A stretch of DNA of 64,000 nt from an uncultured Gammaproteobacteria bacterium. Lineage in GTDB: Bacteria; Pseudomonadota; Gammaproteobacteria; JACCXJ01. The notes beneath the pieces were generated by a model. The model worked only from the letters and a program-made list of their open reading frames with translations. It did not search any database and was not told the origin of the DNA. The DNA lies in NCBI GenBank assembly GCA_963764725.1, contig CAVXTM010000011.1, positions 256,001-320,000 of the forward strand, read 5' to 3'. The translations under genes and the position numbers were made by a program. Positions 9,938 to 19,527 of this stretch are shown here, piece after piece (the first letter of the stretch is position 1; every line of letters begins with the position of its first letter).

Positions 9938-11194
9938 TCAGCGGTTGGTTGGAGCCGTTCGCCGAACCCCTGGAGGGCGGCGCGCCCGCGGGCGCCGGCT
10001 TCGCGGCATTTTGGTCATGGAAGGCGCCAATATCTGGGTGTCGACGCGCACCACCGGGATCTTGTGGCCGATGAAGTCTTCAATCTCGGGTAAGGAATAG
10101 ACATACTCTTCGCAAGCGAAGCTGATCGCATCCCCGCTGGCACCCCCCCGCGCCGTACGCCCGATCCGGTGGACGTAATCCTCGGCATTTTGCGGCAGAT
10201 CGAAATTAATGACATGACTGACGTCGGGAATGTGTAATCCACGCGCAGCCACGTCGGTGGCGATCAATGTCGGTAGCTCGCCGCGCGCGAAGCGGCCAAG
10301 CAACGCTTGGCGCTGTTTCTGCGGTACGTCACCCGATAGAGCCTTTCCCGCAAGCCCGTTGGCATTGAGAGTAATAGACACCATCTCGGCCCCACGCTTG
10401 GTATTGACGAAGACCAAAACGCGCGGCGATTTAATCTGCTGCAATAGACCCAACAGCAACGCTAGCTTGTCCTTGCTCTCGATATGGTAGAGCCGCTGCA
10501 CCACCTGGTCGACGGTGACCTTGTCCGGGTTGATGACCACGATATGAGGGTTGTTCATGTGCTCGTAGGCCAGCTCGTGGACCCGCCACGACAATGTAGC
10601 TGAGAACAGCAGGGTGAGTCGCTCGGGCGGCGGCGGCATGCGCCGCAATAAGAATCTAATATCGCGGATAAAGCCGAGATCAAACATGGCATCGGCCTCA
10701 TCGAGCACCATGACCTCGACGGCGCGAAAATCGACCGCCCGTTGCTTGTGGTAATCTATCAGACGGCCGGGCGTGGCGATGAGCAGATCCGGCTTTTCCC
10801 CGAGCGCTGCTCGCTGCTTTTCGTAATCGACCCCGCCGTAGACCAAGGCGGTGCGGAGTGCGGTAAAGCGGCTGATGAGCAAGGCATCTTGGTGAATTTG
10901 GAGGACCAACTCACGCGTAGGCGCCACAACCACCGCGCGCGGCTGATTCGGCTTGCGATTCGGCGCGGGAGCGACGCATAAAAGCCTGTGCATCGCCGCG
11001 AGCAAGAAAGCGATGGTCTTGCCGGTACCTGTCTGTGCCTGCCCCGCCACATCCTGTCCGTCGAGCGCCAGTGGCAGAGTTTGCGCTTGGATCGGCGTAC
11101 AACATGTGAACCCGGCGTTGTTTAACCCATCGAGCAGGCCCTGGGAAAGCCCAAGTTCGGCGAACGTAAGGTGCGTGAGATGCGTTTTCTCCAT
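9938..11194 (-). CDS. rhlB: DEAD-box RNA helicase RhlB
   Basis: AQTGTGKT, DEAD, SAT, HRIGRT; divergent from trxA-rho. Confidence 0.93.
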   Translation of the reverse strand: MEKTHLTHLTFAELGLSQGLLDGLNNAGFTCCTPIQAQTLPLALDGQDVAGQAQTGTGKTIAFLLAAMHRLLCVAPAPNRKPNQPRAVVVAPTRELVLQIHQDALLISRFTALRTALVYGGVDYEKQRAALGEKPDLLIATPGRLIDYHKQRAVDFRAVEVMVLDEADAMFDLGFIRDIRFLLRRMPPPPERLTLLFSATLSWRVHELAYEHMNNPHIVVINPDKVTVDQVVQRLYHIESKDKLALLLGLLQQIKSPRVLVFVNTKRGAEMVSITLNANGLAGKALSGDVPQKQRQALLGRFARGELPTLIATDVAARGLHIPDVSHVINFDLPQNAEDYVHRIGRTARGGASGDAISFACEEYVYSLPEIEDFIGHKIPVVRVDTQILAPSMTKMPRSRRPRARRPPGVRRTAPTNR

Positions 11195-11291
11195 CGTGCT
11201 AGTAATATTCCTGGCCTTGCAATCAGCGCGTATTAGCCTAAGAATGTCATTGTAGCCCATCGCCTGATGACGCAATATAATAGAGCAACTC

Positions 11292-11618
11292 ATGAGCGTT
11301 AATGTCGTCCATGTAACCGATACGAGCTTCGACGAAGAAGTGTTAAGATCCGATGTGCCAGTATTGGTGGATTATTGGGCACAATGGTGCGCGCCCTGCC
11401 GGATGATCGCCCCGATCCTCGATGAGATCTCCGAAGAGTACAAATCCAAGCTTAAGGTGGCCAAGCTCAATATCGACGAAAATCCGCTGACACCGCCCAA
11501 GTATGGCATTCGCGGAATTCCCACCTTGATGATGTTCAGAGAGGGGAACGTCGAGGCCACGAAGGTCGGTGCGTTATCGAAATCTCAGTTGGCGGCCTTT
11601 ATCAGCAGTTACATTTAG
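11292..11618 (+). CDS. trxA: Thioredoxin
   Basis: WCAPC active site; precedes rho. Confidence 0.95.
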   Translation: MSVNVVHVTDTSFDEEVLRSDVPVLVDYWAQWCAPCRMIAPILDEISEEYKSKLKVAKLNIDENPLTPPKYGIRGIPTLMMFREGNVEATKVGALSKSQLAAFISSYI

Positions 11619-11666
11619 CGCCTGTCTTACAACATCTGGCTCTTTTGAGGAATGCCTATGCAAGGC

Positions 11667-11695
11667 TAGACGGCATATTATCTGCGTGCTAAATT
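11667..11695 (+). promoter_or_regulatory. Putative sigma-70 promoter of rho
   Basis: TAGACG-N17-TAAATT with extended -10 TG. Confidence 0.45.
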
Positions 11696-11805
11696 ATCAT
11701 TGCAGCTAGGCGCACCTCTAAGCACTCCTTCCTAACGTTAGCTTTTCGTTGTAACACCACCGGGAGGCGATTCACGTTCATCGCTTCCCCCTCACATCAG
11801 GGATT

Positions 11806-13062
11806 ATGAATCTAACAGAGCTTAAGCTAAAACCCGTATCGGAACTCATCGAGATCGGCGAAGGCATGGGTCTCGAAGGCGTGGCGCGCTCGCGCAAGCA
11901 GGACGTCATCTTCGGGATCCTCAAGGCGCACGCTAAGAAAGGCGAGGATATCTCCGGAAACGGCGTGTTGGAGATCCTCCAGGACGGGTTCGGCTTCCTG
12001 CGCTCCGCCGATAGTTCCTACCTCGCGGGTCCCGACGATATTTACGTCTCGCCGAGTCAGATCCGGCGATTCAACCTGCGCACCGGCGACACGATCTCGG
12101 GGAAAATCCGGCCGCCGAAGGACGGCGAACGCTACTTCGCGCTTCTCAAGGTCAACGAGATTAACTTCGAACCCCCGGAGGCGGCCAAGAATAAGGTTCT
12201 GTTCGAAAACCTCACCCCGCTGTTCGCGCACGAACGGCTCAAGCTCGAGATCGGCAACGGCACCACCGAGGACCTGACGCCGCGTGTCATCGATCTCGTT
12301 GCGCCGATCGGACGGGGCCAGCGAGGTCTCATCGTATCACCGCCTAAAGCGGGCAAGACTGTGATGCTGCAAAGCATCGCCCACTCGCTTGCGCTCAATC
12401 ATCCGGACTGCTACCTCATGGTCCTACTGATCGACGAGCGTCCGGAGGAAGTCACGGAGATGGAGCGCTCCGTGAAGGGTGAAGTCATCTCGAGCACCTT
12501 CGATGAACCCGCTACCCGTCACGTGCAAGTGGCGGAAATGGTCATCGAGAAAGCCAAGCGTTTAGTCGAGCACAAAATCGACGTGGTGATTTTGCTCGAC
12601 TCGATCACGCGCCTGGCGCGCGCGTACAATACCGTCGTTCCGGCCTCGGGCAAGGTGTTGACCGGCGGCGTGGACGCCAACGCCTTGCAAAAACCCAAGC
12701 GCTTCTTCGGGGCCGCCAGAAAGATCGAGGAAGGCGGGAGCTTGACGATTATCGCTACTGCCCTGATCGACACCGGCTCGCGTATGGACGATGTGATCTA
12801 CGAGGAATTCAAAGGCACCGGGAATATGGAGATCCATCTCGACCGCAGGATCTACGAGAAACGCATTTTCCCGGCGATCAACATCAACCGCTCGGGGACA
12901 CGCCGAGAAGAATTGCTGACGGACAGTGATGAGCTGCAAAAGATGTGGATCCTGCGCAAGCTCCTCAACCCTATGGACGAGGTGGCGGCTATGGAGTTTC
13001 TATTGGAGCGGCTCAAGGCTACGAAGACCAATCCTGAGTTCTTTGATTCGATGCGGCGGTGA
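11806..13062 (+). CDS. rho: Transcription termination factor Rho
   Basis: MNLTELK, DGFGFLR, PPKAGKT, DERPEE. Confidence 0.99.
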   Translation: MNLTELKLKPVSELIEIGEGMGLEGVARSRKQDVIFGILKAHAKKGEDISGNGVLEILQDGFGFLRSADSSYLAGPDDIYVSPSQIRRFNLRTGDTISGKIRPPKDGERYFALLKVNEINFEPPEAAKNKVLFENLTPLFAHERLKLEIGNGTTEDLTPRVIDLVAPIGRGQRGLIVSPPKAGKTVMLQSIAHSLALNHPDCYLMVLLIDERPEEVTEMERSVKGEVISSTFDEPATRHVQVAEMVIEKAKRLVEHKIDVVILLDSITRLARAYNTVVPASGKVLTGGVDANALQKPKRFFGAARKIEEGGSLTIIATALIDTGSRMDDVIYEEFKGTGNMEIHLDRRIYEKRIFPAININRSGTRREELLTDSDELQKMWILRKLLNPMDEVAAMEFLLERLKATKTNPEFFDSMRR

Positions 13063-13131
13063 GGCACCGCCGGTTTTAGATTTATCCCCCGCCGCCTTGC
13101 CGCGGGTACCGTAGCAATGAGGTTTCCAAAG

Positions 13132-14328
13132 TTAATCCCGCGACGCTTCGGCTTGATAATAGCGCATTAAAATCGCCGCGACCTCGGGGCGTGCGAACTC
13201 CTGCGGTAGAGCTTGTCCCGCCGCCAGCATCTCCCGCACCTTGGTCCCGGAGAGCTGCACGAAGTCGGCTTCGGTATGGTCAGGGGCATCGCGCATCATG
13301 ACCACGCGGTTCAGTTTCCTGGAATAGGCGGTATTATCGGCGCCGAAGATCTTGATCCGCAGGGCATCCGGAGGAACTTCATCGTCGAAGATCTTTTGCG
13401 CGTCGAAGGGCCCGTAGAACTTGCCGACACCGGCGTGATCGCGTCCGACAATAAGGTGCGAGCAGCCAGCGTTCTGGCGGAAGATTGCGTGCAGCACGGC
13501 TTCGCGCGGTCCCGCATAGAGCATATCGAAGCCGTAGCCCGTAACCATGACGCTGTTCGGCGGGAAGTACAACTCCACCATCTTGCGTATAGCGGCATCG
13601 CGCACGGGGGCCGGGATATCGCCGTCCTTCAGCTTGCCGAGCAGCATGTGGATGAGCACACCATCGGCGGCCACGGCTTCCCGCGCCATCTTGCATAATT
13701 CCTCATGGGCGCGATGCATCGGATTGCGGGTCTGAAACGCCACCACGGTCTGCCAGCCATGTTCCTGGATCTCGTTGCGGATCTCGATCGCGGTGCGGAA
13801 GGTATCGGGAAAATCGGTCTGAAAATAACTGAAATTCAGCACCTCGATGGGACCCGAGACGGCAAAGCGGCCGAGCGCGCCGAACGTGGCGGCGCCGGGA
13901 TGCGAAGGATCCACGGTCCGGAATACTTTCTCGCAGATAAACCGCTGTTGGTCTGGAGTGAGCTCCTCGATGGCGGCGACCTCTTGGATCGCGAGGACCG
14001 GATGGCCATCGACATTGGGGTCGCGCAGGGCAATGCGCCGCGCGCCTTCGATGGAGCTGACGTCGGGTGTGAGATTCAGACAGGGTACTGGCCAAAACAA
14101 CCCCGCGCCCGTATGCATGCGTTCCGCGACACCCATCGCATCGGCTGCGTTCATGTAGCCCGTCAAGGGCGTAAAGTAACCCGCTCCGAGCATGACGGCG
14201 TTGGCGGCCGCCGCCGAATTCAAGAGCAGCGACGGCATGCCTTCGGCCTCGCGTTGCAGTCCGTGATGGCGCGCTACATCGTACACGAACAACGGTGTCA
14301 GGGCTTCAGAGCCATGGGGTCTTATCAT
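13132..14328 (-). CDS. sat: Sulfate adenylyltransferase (Sat-type ATP sulfurylase)
   Basis: FQTRNPMHRAHE, YAGPREA, GRDHAG motifs. Confidence 0.95.
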   Translation of the reverse strand: MIRPHGSEALTPLFVYDVARHHGLQREAEGMPSLLLNSAAAANAVMLGAGYFTPLTGYMNAADAMGVAERMHTGAGLFWPVPCLNLTPDVSSIEGARRIALRDPNVDGHPVLAIQEVAAIEELTPDQQRFICEKVFRTVDPSHPGAATFGALGRFAVSGPIEVLNFSYFQTDFPDTFRTAIEIRNEIQEHGWQTVVAFQTRNPMHRAHEELCKMAREAVAADGVLIHMLLGKLKDGDIPAPVRDAAIRKMVELYFPPNSVMVTGYGFDMLYAGPREAVLHAIFRQNAGCSHLIVGRDHAGVGKFYGPFDAQKIFDDEVPPDALRIKIFGADNTAYSRKLNRVVMMRDAPDHTEADFVQLSGTKVREMLAAGQALPQEFARPEVAAILMRYYQAEASRD

Positions 14329-14427
14329 CGTGATCTCCCGAAGGTGTATGGGTATGAATGCGGTCGAGCCGGTTCCGCGCCCGCCGGAACGCGAGATTCC
14401 GAGCGCAGCAGATTTTTTCACAAGCTC

Positions 14428-15048
14428 TCAGCGTTCCATGCCGGCGCTCGCGGACGGCCGATCCTCAGCGGCGGCGCCGGGAGCCGGGCGGCGCTGCACG
14501 AACGTAGCCTCGGCTCCGTGTTTGACGATGTCGCCTACGTGAAATCTGAAAACACCGCTGCGCCGGTCTTGATAATAAAAACGCAGCGTGTGCAAAATGG
14601 TGGGGAATGCCAGCCGATCCCAGGGCACGCCGGGCTCATCGAAGAGTTCAACCTCAAGGCTTTCGCTCCCCGGGAAAAAGTCCAGATCGAGCACGCGCGA
14701 GCGGAACATCATGTAGACCTGGTTGGCGTGGGGGAGATTGAAGAGCGCGAATAGACCGAGTACCTCCACCCGCGCGTTGGCTTCTTCGTGCGTCTCCCGG
14801 ATCGCGGCTTCGAGCGAGGTCTCGTCATTTTCCATAAAGCCCGCCGGCAGCGTCCAAAGCCCATAGCGGGGTTCGATGGCGCGGCGGCAGAGCAACACCT
14901 GATTCCCCCATTCGGCGATACATCCCGCGACAATCTTCGGATTCTGGTAATGAATACTACCGCAGGCTTCACACATGTGGCGCGGCCGATTATCACCGAG
15001 CGGGATCTTGCGAGTGAGGCCGGTGCCGCAGTTGCTACAGTACTTCAT
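14428..15048 (-). CDS. NUDIX hydrolase with N-terminal Zn ribbon
   Basis: MKYCSNCG..CEACG, LPAGFMENDET..AAIRETHEE Nudix box. Confidence 0.9.
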   Translation of the reverse strand: MKYCSNCGTGLTRKIPLGDNRPRHMCEACGSIHYQNPKIVAGCIAEWGNQVLLCRRAIEPRYGLWTLPAGFMENDETSLEAAIRETHEEANARVEVLGLFALFNLPHANQVYMMFRSRVLDLDFFPGSESLEVELFDEPGVPWDRLAFPTILHTLRFYYQDRRSGVFRFHVGDIVKHGAEATFVQRRPAPGAAAEDRPSASAGMER

Positions 15049-15085
15049 GGGGGGGCCGGGCATGTTGCGTAGCGATGTTGAGCGA

Positions 15086-15709
15086 TTACAGCAGCGGTTG
15101 CAAGCTTGGCCAGATATTATCGAGCATCAAGGCCTGAGCCTCGCGCTTGGGATGTATGCCATCCTCTTGCATGAACCGCGGATTTTCGGCGAACCCCTGC
15201 AGTATAAAGGGGCTAGCCGGCAATGCGTACTCCTTGGCGAGATCCTCGTACACAGCGCGGAACCGCTGAGTAAACACAAGGCCGTAGTTCTCCGGCAGGC
15301 GCATGGGTATCAATAACACCTTGGCATCGTGCGCGCGCGATGTTTCAATGATCGCAGCCAGGTTTTCCCGCAGATGCTCAAGCGCTAATCCGCGCAGACC
15401 GTCGTTGGCGCCGAGCTCGATGATGACGATGGCGGGAGTATGTTGCGTTAATAGCTTATCGAGCCGGGTCAATGCGCCGCCCGTGGTCTCGCCGCTGATA
15501 CTGGCGTTCACTACCCGGTAGGAGTGACCCGCTGCCGTTATGCGTTGCTGCAACTTCGCAACCCAACCCTGGTCAACGTCGATACCATAAGCTGCGCTTA
15601 AGCTATCACCCACAACGAGAATCGCAGGCGCCTTTGCGGGGGCCGCCATGGCCCACAGACACAGCGCAGCCAAAGCCAACCACGGTGCACTATTGAACAA
15701 CGTCATCAT
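15086..15709 (-). CDS. tesA: Arylesterase / acyl-CoA thioesterase I (SGNH)
   Basis: GDSLSAAYG, GANDGLRG, DGIHP. Confidence 0.93.
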   Translation of the reverse strand: MMTLFNSAPWLALAALCLWAMAAPAKAPAILVVGDSLSAAYGIDVDQGWVAKLQQRITAAGHSYRVVNASISGETTGGALTRLDKLLTQHTPAIVIIELGANDGLRGLALEHLRENLAAIIETSRAHDAKVLLIPMRLPENYGLVFTQRFRAVYEDLAKEYALPASPFILQGFAENPRFMQEDGIHPKREAQALMLDNIWPSLQPLL

Positions 15710-16376
15710 TCAGGCCGAAGGTCTGTCAAAACAGATTGCGAGCCCCGAAGGGCTGCTTACCATACTCGATGATATCAGTTTTTCCATGCGGCGTTCCGAG
15801 ACCCTCGCGGTGGTCGGCGCTTCGGGGTCCGGCAAGTCGACGCTGCTCGGCTTGCTCGCCGGTCTCGACACGCCGACCGCAGGCAGGGTCGTGCTCGATG
15901 GCACCGACCTCAACACCCTGGACGAAGACGGCCGCTCGCGCTGGCGTGCGCATCGCGTGGGCTTCGTCTTTCAAGCGTTTCACTTGCTGCCGAGCCTCAC
16001 GGCCCTGGAGAATGTGATGTTGCCGCTGGAGCTCGCGCTTCAGCGGGACCCGGCCGGCGCCGCGCGCTCGGCGCTCGATCGCGTTGGACTTGCCCAACGC
16101 TTGGGGCATTATCCGCACCAACTGTCCGGGGGCGAACAGCAGCGGGTCGCGATCGCACGCGCCTTCGCATCGCGGCCGCGCATGCTTTTCGCCGACGAGC
16201 CTACGGGGAATCTCGACCGCAAGACCGGAGCGGTGGTCGGAAATCTCCTCTTCGCGCTCCGCGAGGAAGCCGGGACGACCCTGGTTCTGGTGACGCATGA
16301 GGAGACGCTCGCGGACCATTGCGAACAGCGCTTGACCCTCGAGATGGGCCGGCTGATGAGATCCGAGGAGGTGTAG
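15693..16376 (+). CDS. ybbA: ABC transporter ATP-binding protein
   Basis: GASGSGKS, LSGGEQQR, DEPTGNLD; head-to-head overlap with tesA. Confidence 0.88.
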   Translation: MNNVIIQAEGLSKQIASPEGLLTILDDISFSMRRSETLAVVGASGSGKSTLLGLLAGLDTPTAGRVVLDGTDLNTLDEDGRSRWRAHRVGFVFQAFHLLPSLTALENVMLPLELALQRDPAGAARSALDRVGLAQRLGHYPHQLSGGEQQRVAIARAFASRPRMLFADEPTGNLDRKTGAVVGNLLFALREEAGTTLVLVTHEETLADHCEQRLTLEMGRLMRSEEV

Positions 16377-16379
16377 GGT

Positions 16380-18890
16380 ATGTTCAGGACCGCCTGGCGA
16401 CAATTCAAGCGCGATACCCGCTCGGGGGAGTTGCGCCTGGCGACGCTCGCGTTATGCTTCGCCGTCGGAAGCGTGACCACGGTGGGATTTTTTATCGACC
16501 GTGTGCGGCTGTCGATCGAAATCCAGGCGAGCGCGCTCTTGGCGGCGGACCTCGCGGTCGAATCCCCCTATCCCCTGCCGATCGCGGTCGGCCATCGAGC
16601 AGCTGAAATTGGCCTTGCGACCAGTCACACCGTCGTGTTCCGTAGCGTCGTGGCGAAGGGAGACAAGCTGAAGCTGGTCGAAGTCAAGGCCGTCGATGCG
16701 GCCTATCCTTTGCGCGGCCGGATCGAGACCGCCCTCGATCCCTCCGGTTCTTCCTCGCACGCCGAGAGGGGACCGAGCGCGGGGAACGTGTGGGTAGAGG
16801 GCTCGTTGCTGCCGCTCCTAGGTCTCAAGCGCGGCGACACCCTCGCGATTGGAAAATCCGAGCTTGCCGTCGCCGCCATCCTCACGCTCGAGCCGGACCG
16901 CGGCGGCCAGGTTTTCAATATCGCTCCGCGGCTCATGATGCATCTCGACGACGTGGCGGGGACGGGGCTCGTCTCGGCCGGCAGCCGCGTTACCCACCGG
17001 CTATTGGTCGCGGGTGACAAACAGCAACTACGGGCTTGGCGCGACTGGGCCGAACCTCTGGTCGGCGAGCGCGGCCGCTTCATCGCGGTGCGCGATGCCC
17101 GCAGAGAGCTGCGCTCCACCTTGGAGCGCTCCGAGCAGTTCTTGAGCCTTGCCGCGCTCACGAGCGTCATCCTCGCCGGCGTGGCGATCGCGATGTCGGC
17201 GCGCCGCTTCGCAACGCGGCATCTCGACGGCGCCGCGGTGATGCGCTGCCTCGGGGCCACCCAAGGCTTGGTGCTGCGGGTCTTCGCCGTCGAGCTCGGG
17301 ATCCTGGGTATTCTGGCGAGTCTTGCGGGCGGCGCTCTCGGCTATGGGGCCCAAGCGCTGCTTGCCGAGGTCCTGTCATTCTTTGCCCCGGGGCCGCTGC
17401 CTCCACCCTCGCTCTGGCCGTTAGTCTCGGCGGGGCTCACGGGCATCATCGCGCTCCTCGGGTTTGCCCTGCCACCGCTCATCGCGCTCAAGGACGTACC
17501 GCCGGGGCGAGTGTTGCGGCGCGATCTCGGGCGTCTCAGAGCGCCGGGCGCCGGGGTTTACTGCGCCGCAACGCTCGCGGTAGCCGCGCTCGCCCCTTGG
17601 CAGGCGGGGAATGTGAGGCTAACTCTCTACGTCTTAGGAGGCGCGCTCGGAACCGTCGCTGTGCTGGCGGGCGCGGCGTGGTTGCTGGTCCGCGCTCTGG
17701 CGCGGCTGCGCACCCGGGTCGGCATCGCCTGGCGCTTTGGGCTCGCGAATATCACTCGCCGCGCGGGGGGCAGCGTGGTCCAGATCGTCGCCATCGGGCT
17801 TGGGATCATGGTGATGTTACTTCTCTCCCTGGTGCAGTCAGACCTGGTCGCCGATTGGCGCGCCAGCCTCAAACCCCAAGCGCCCAACCACTTCATCGTT
17901 AACATTCAACCGCACGAAGTCGAAGCCTTCAAAGACTTCCTCAAAACAAAGGGACAGGTTGAACCCACGCTCTATCCGATGGTGCGCGGGAGGCTCGCCG
18001 CCATCAACGGCCGGCCGGTGAAAGCGCGCGACTATCGCGATCCGAACGTACGCCGGCTCGCGCAGCGGGATTTCAATCTTTCTTGGGCCGCGGTCCCCAA
18101 AGCCGACAACCGCATCGTCGCCGGCCGTTGGTGGGAGAGCCGTGCCGCGGAGACCGACCAGTTCTCGGTGGAGGAGGGGATCGCGGAAGATCTCGGGATC
18201 CGCCTCGGGGACCGGCTGACCTATCAGATTGCCGATCAACGGGTCAGCGCTAGGGTAAGCAACCTGCGTACCGTGGACTGGGAGTCGTTCACGGCCAATT
18301 TTTTCGTGATCGCACCCCCGGAATTGCTCGATCGGCTCCCCGCCACCTACATGACCAGCTTCTATCTGCCGGCGGGTGAGAAGCGCTTGCTGCACCTCAT
18401 CGTCGAACGCTTCCCCGGCGTTACGGTCATCGACGTCGCCGCGCTCATGGACAATGTGCGCGGGATCATCGACCGCGCCAGCTTGTCGATGCAATCAGTA
18501 TTCATATTCACCGTGATTGCAGCCATACTGGTCCTCATCGCCACCATTCAATCGACCCACGATGAGCGCCGGGCCGAGAGCGCGCTGCTGAAAACCCTCG
18601 GCGCGAGCAGCCTAAGGATCGTGCAGGGGCTCACAGCCGAATTTCTCGCCTTGGGCCTGGTGGCGGGACTGCTCGGCGCCGCCGGCGCCACGCTCGTCGC
18701 CTATATCTTGGCCGTCGCGGTATTCGATTTCGACTACCGCTTCAACCCTTGGCTCGTGCCGATCGGCCTCTTTGCGGGCGGGATATCTGTCGCCCTCGTG
18801 GGCGTCCTGGCCACGCGATCTTCACTTCGCGATCCGCCCATCGCGACCTTGAGGAAGTCTAGGGGATGGCTGATTCATAAGTGGTCGTGA
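16380..18890 (+). CDS. ybbP: ABC transporter permease (FtsX-like, YbbP)
   Basis: 836 aa, two FtsX-type halves, YPLRG and YPMVRGRL motifs. Confidence 0.88.
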   Translation: MFRTAWRQFKRDTRSGELRLATLALCFAVGSVTTVGFFIDRVRLSIEIQASALLAADLAVESPYPLPIAVGHRAAEIGLATSHTVVFRSVVAKGDKLKLVEVKAVDAAYPLRGRIETALDPSGSSSHAERGPSAGNVWVEGSLLPLLGLKRGDTLAIGKSELAVAAILTLEPDRGGQVFNIAPRLMMHLDDVAGTGLVSAGSRVTHRLLVAGDKQQLRAWRDWAEPLVGERGRFIAVRDARRELRSTLERSEQFLSLAALTSVILAGVAIAMSARRFATRHLDGAAVMRCLGATQGLVLRVFAVELGILGILASLAGGALGYGAQALLAEVLSFFAPGPLPPPSLWPLVSAGLTGIIALLGFALPPLIALKDVPPGRVLRRDLGRLRAPGAGVYCAATLAVAALAPWQAGNVRLTLYVLGGALGTVAVLAGAAWLLVRALARLRTRVGIAWRFGLANITRRAGGSVVQIVAIGLGIMVMLLLSLVQSDLVADWRASLKPQAPNHFIVNIQPHEVEAFKDFLKTKGQVEPTLYPMVRGRLAAINGRPVKARDYRDPNVRRLAQRDFNLSWAAVPKADNRIVAGRWWESRAAETDQFSVEEGIAEDLGIRLGDRLTYQIADQRVSARVSNLRTVDWESFTANFFVIAPPELLDRLPATYMTSFYLPAGEKRLLHLIVERFPGVTVIDVAALMDNVRGIIDRASLSMQSVFIFTVIAAILVLIATIQSTHDERRAESALLKTLGASSLRIVQGLTAEFLALGLVAGLLGAAGATLVAYILAVAVFDFDYRFNPWLVPIGLFAGGISVALVGVLATRSSLRDPPIATLRKSRGWLIHKWS

Positions 18891-19090
18891 ACGAAACAGG
18901 ACCGGCCGCGCGGTGGTCTTCACGCGGCGCGGCTGGCGGCCAGGCAACCGCAAGAAGAGCTTTGGAAGCTTCCATGCGAGACGGTAATTAAACTCGGCCT
19001 CGATAGTCGAATCATCCGATTCGTCATGAGCAACCACGCGTGAGGTGGGGTTGATATATCTATAAACGCGCTCGTTAAGGTTACTATGTA
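18860..19090. repeat. Copy 1 of a ~200-230 bp imperfect direct repeat
   Basis: Shares blocks TTCATAAGYGGYCGTGAACGAAACAGGACCGGCCGCGC, TGCGAGACGGTAA, CGAATCWTCCGATTCGTCATGAGCAACCA, GGGGTTGATATATCTATAAACGCGCTCG and TAAGGTTACTATGTA with copy 2. Confidence 0.9.
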
Positions 19091-19096
19091 TAACGC

Positions 19097-19256
19097 TAGT
19101 TAGTATCCTGTCCCGATAGAAGCTTGCATACGTTTTAACCCCTTCTCCCTCCGGGAGAAGGTTGGATGGAATCACGGTGTTAACCCCTTACCCTAGCCCT
19201 GAGGGAGAGGGAATTTTCATAGTCGCTTTTTATGGAAGTTATTTAGGGGACACTAC
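19097..19256. mobile_element. MITE/REPIN-like element between the two repeat copies
   Basis: Imperfect terminal IRs (TGTCCCGATAGAAGCTTGCATA / reverse complement TGTCCCCTAAATAACTTCCATA); internal CCTTCTCCC-TCC-GGGAGAAGG palindrome. Confidence 0.6.
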
Positions 19257-19258
19257 AT

Positions 19259-19452
19259 TAGGATGGGTCGGTTCATAAGCGGCCGTGAACGAAACAGGAC
19301 CGGCCGCGCCTTCACTTCGAATTGCCGTCGGCCGAAGCTCCTTGCGAGACGGTAAACTCGGCCATAATCGAATCTTCCGATTCGTCATGAGCAACCAGGC
19401 GCGAGGGGGGTTGATATATCTATAAACGCGCTCGCGCTAAGGTTACTATGTA
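19259..19452. repeat. Copy 2 of the ~200 bp imperfect direct repeat
   Basis: Direct alignment with 18860-19090; indels are not multiples of 3. Confidence 0.9.
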
Positions 19453-19520
19453 CATAAAACGAGTTTACAAAAGTATAAACTGTTTCTATACGTATAAACG
19501 AGGTCGAATTCTAGTTGTGC
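19453..19520 (+). other. attI-like integron site with possible Pc promoter
   Basis: AT-rich non-attC sequence with repeated TAAAC/AAAAC motifs ending at G|TTGTGC (19514), where cassette 1 starts; TTTACA-N17-TATACG at 19464-19492. Confidence 0.55.
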
Positions 19521-19527
19521 GTCATAG

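Noticed and set aside
13705-14754. 349-aa plus-strand ORF and other long antisense ORFs (e.g. 37812-38648, 46467-47357, 17036-17902)
   Set aside because: Shadow frames of well-supported genes in high-GC DNA.
18870-18900. CTGA...CGAAAC resembling a hammerhead ribozyme core in the duplicated repeat
   Set aside because: No CUGANGA in either copy (copy 1 has CTGATTC, copy 2 lacks CTGA).
18860-19452. Repeats as a CRISPR array, retron msr/msd or intI remnant
   Set aside because: Only two long diverged copies, no spacers, no cas or RT gene, and no recognisable IntI motif in any frame.
19445-19500. LexA box near the attI-like site
   Set aside because: No CTG-N10-CAG match; only AT-rich similarity.
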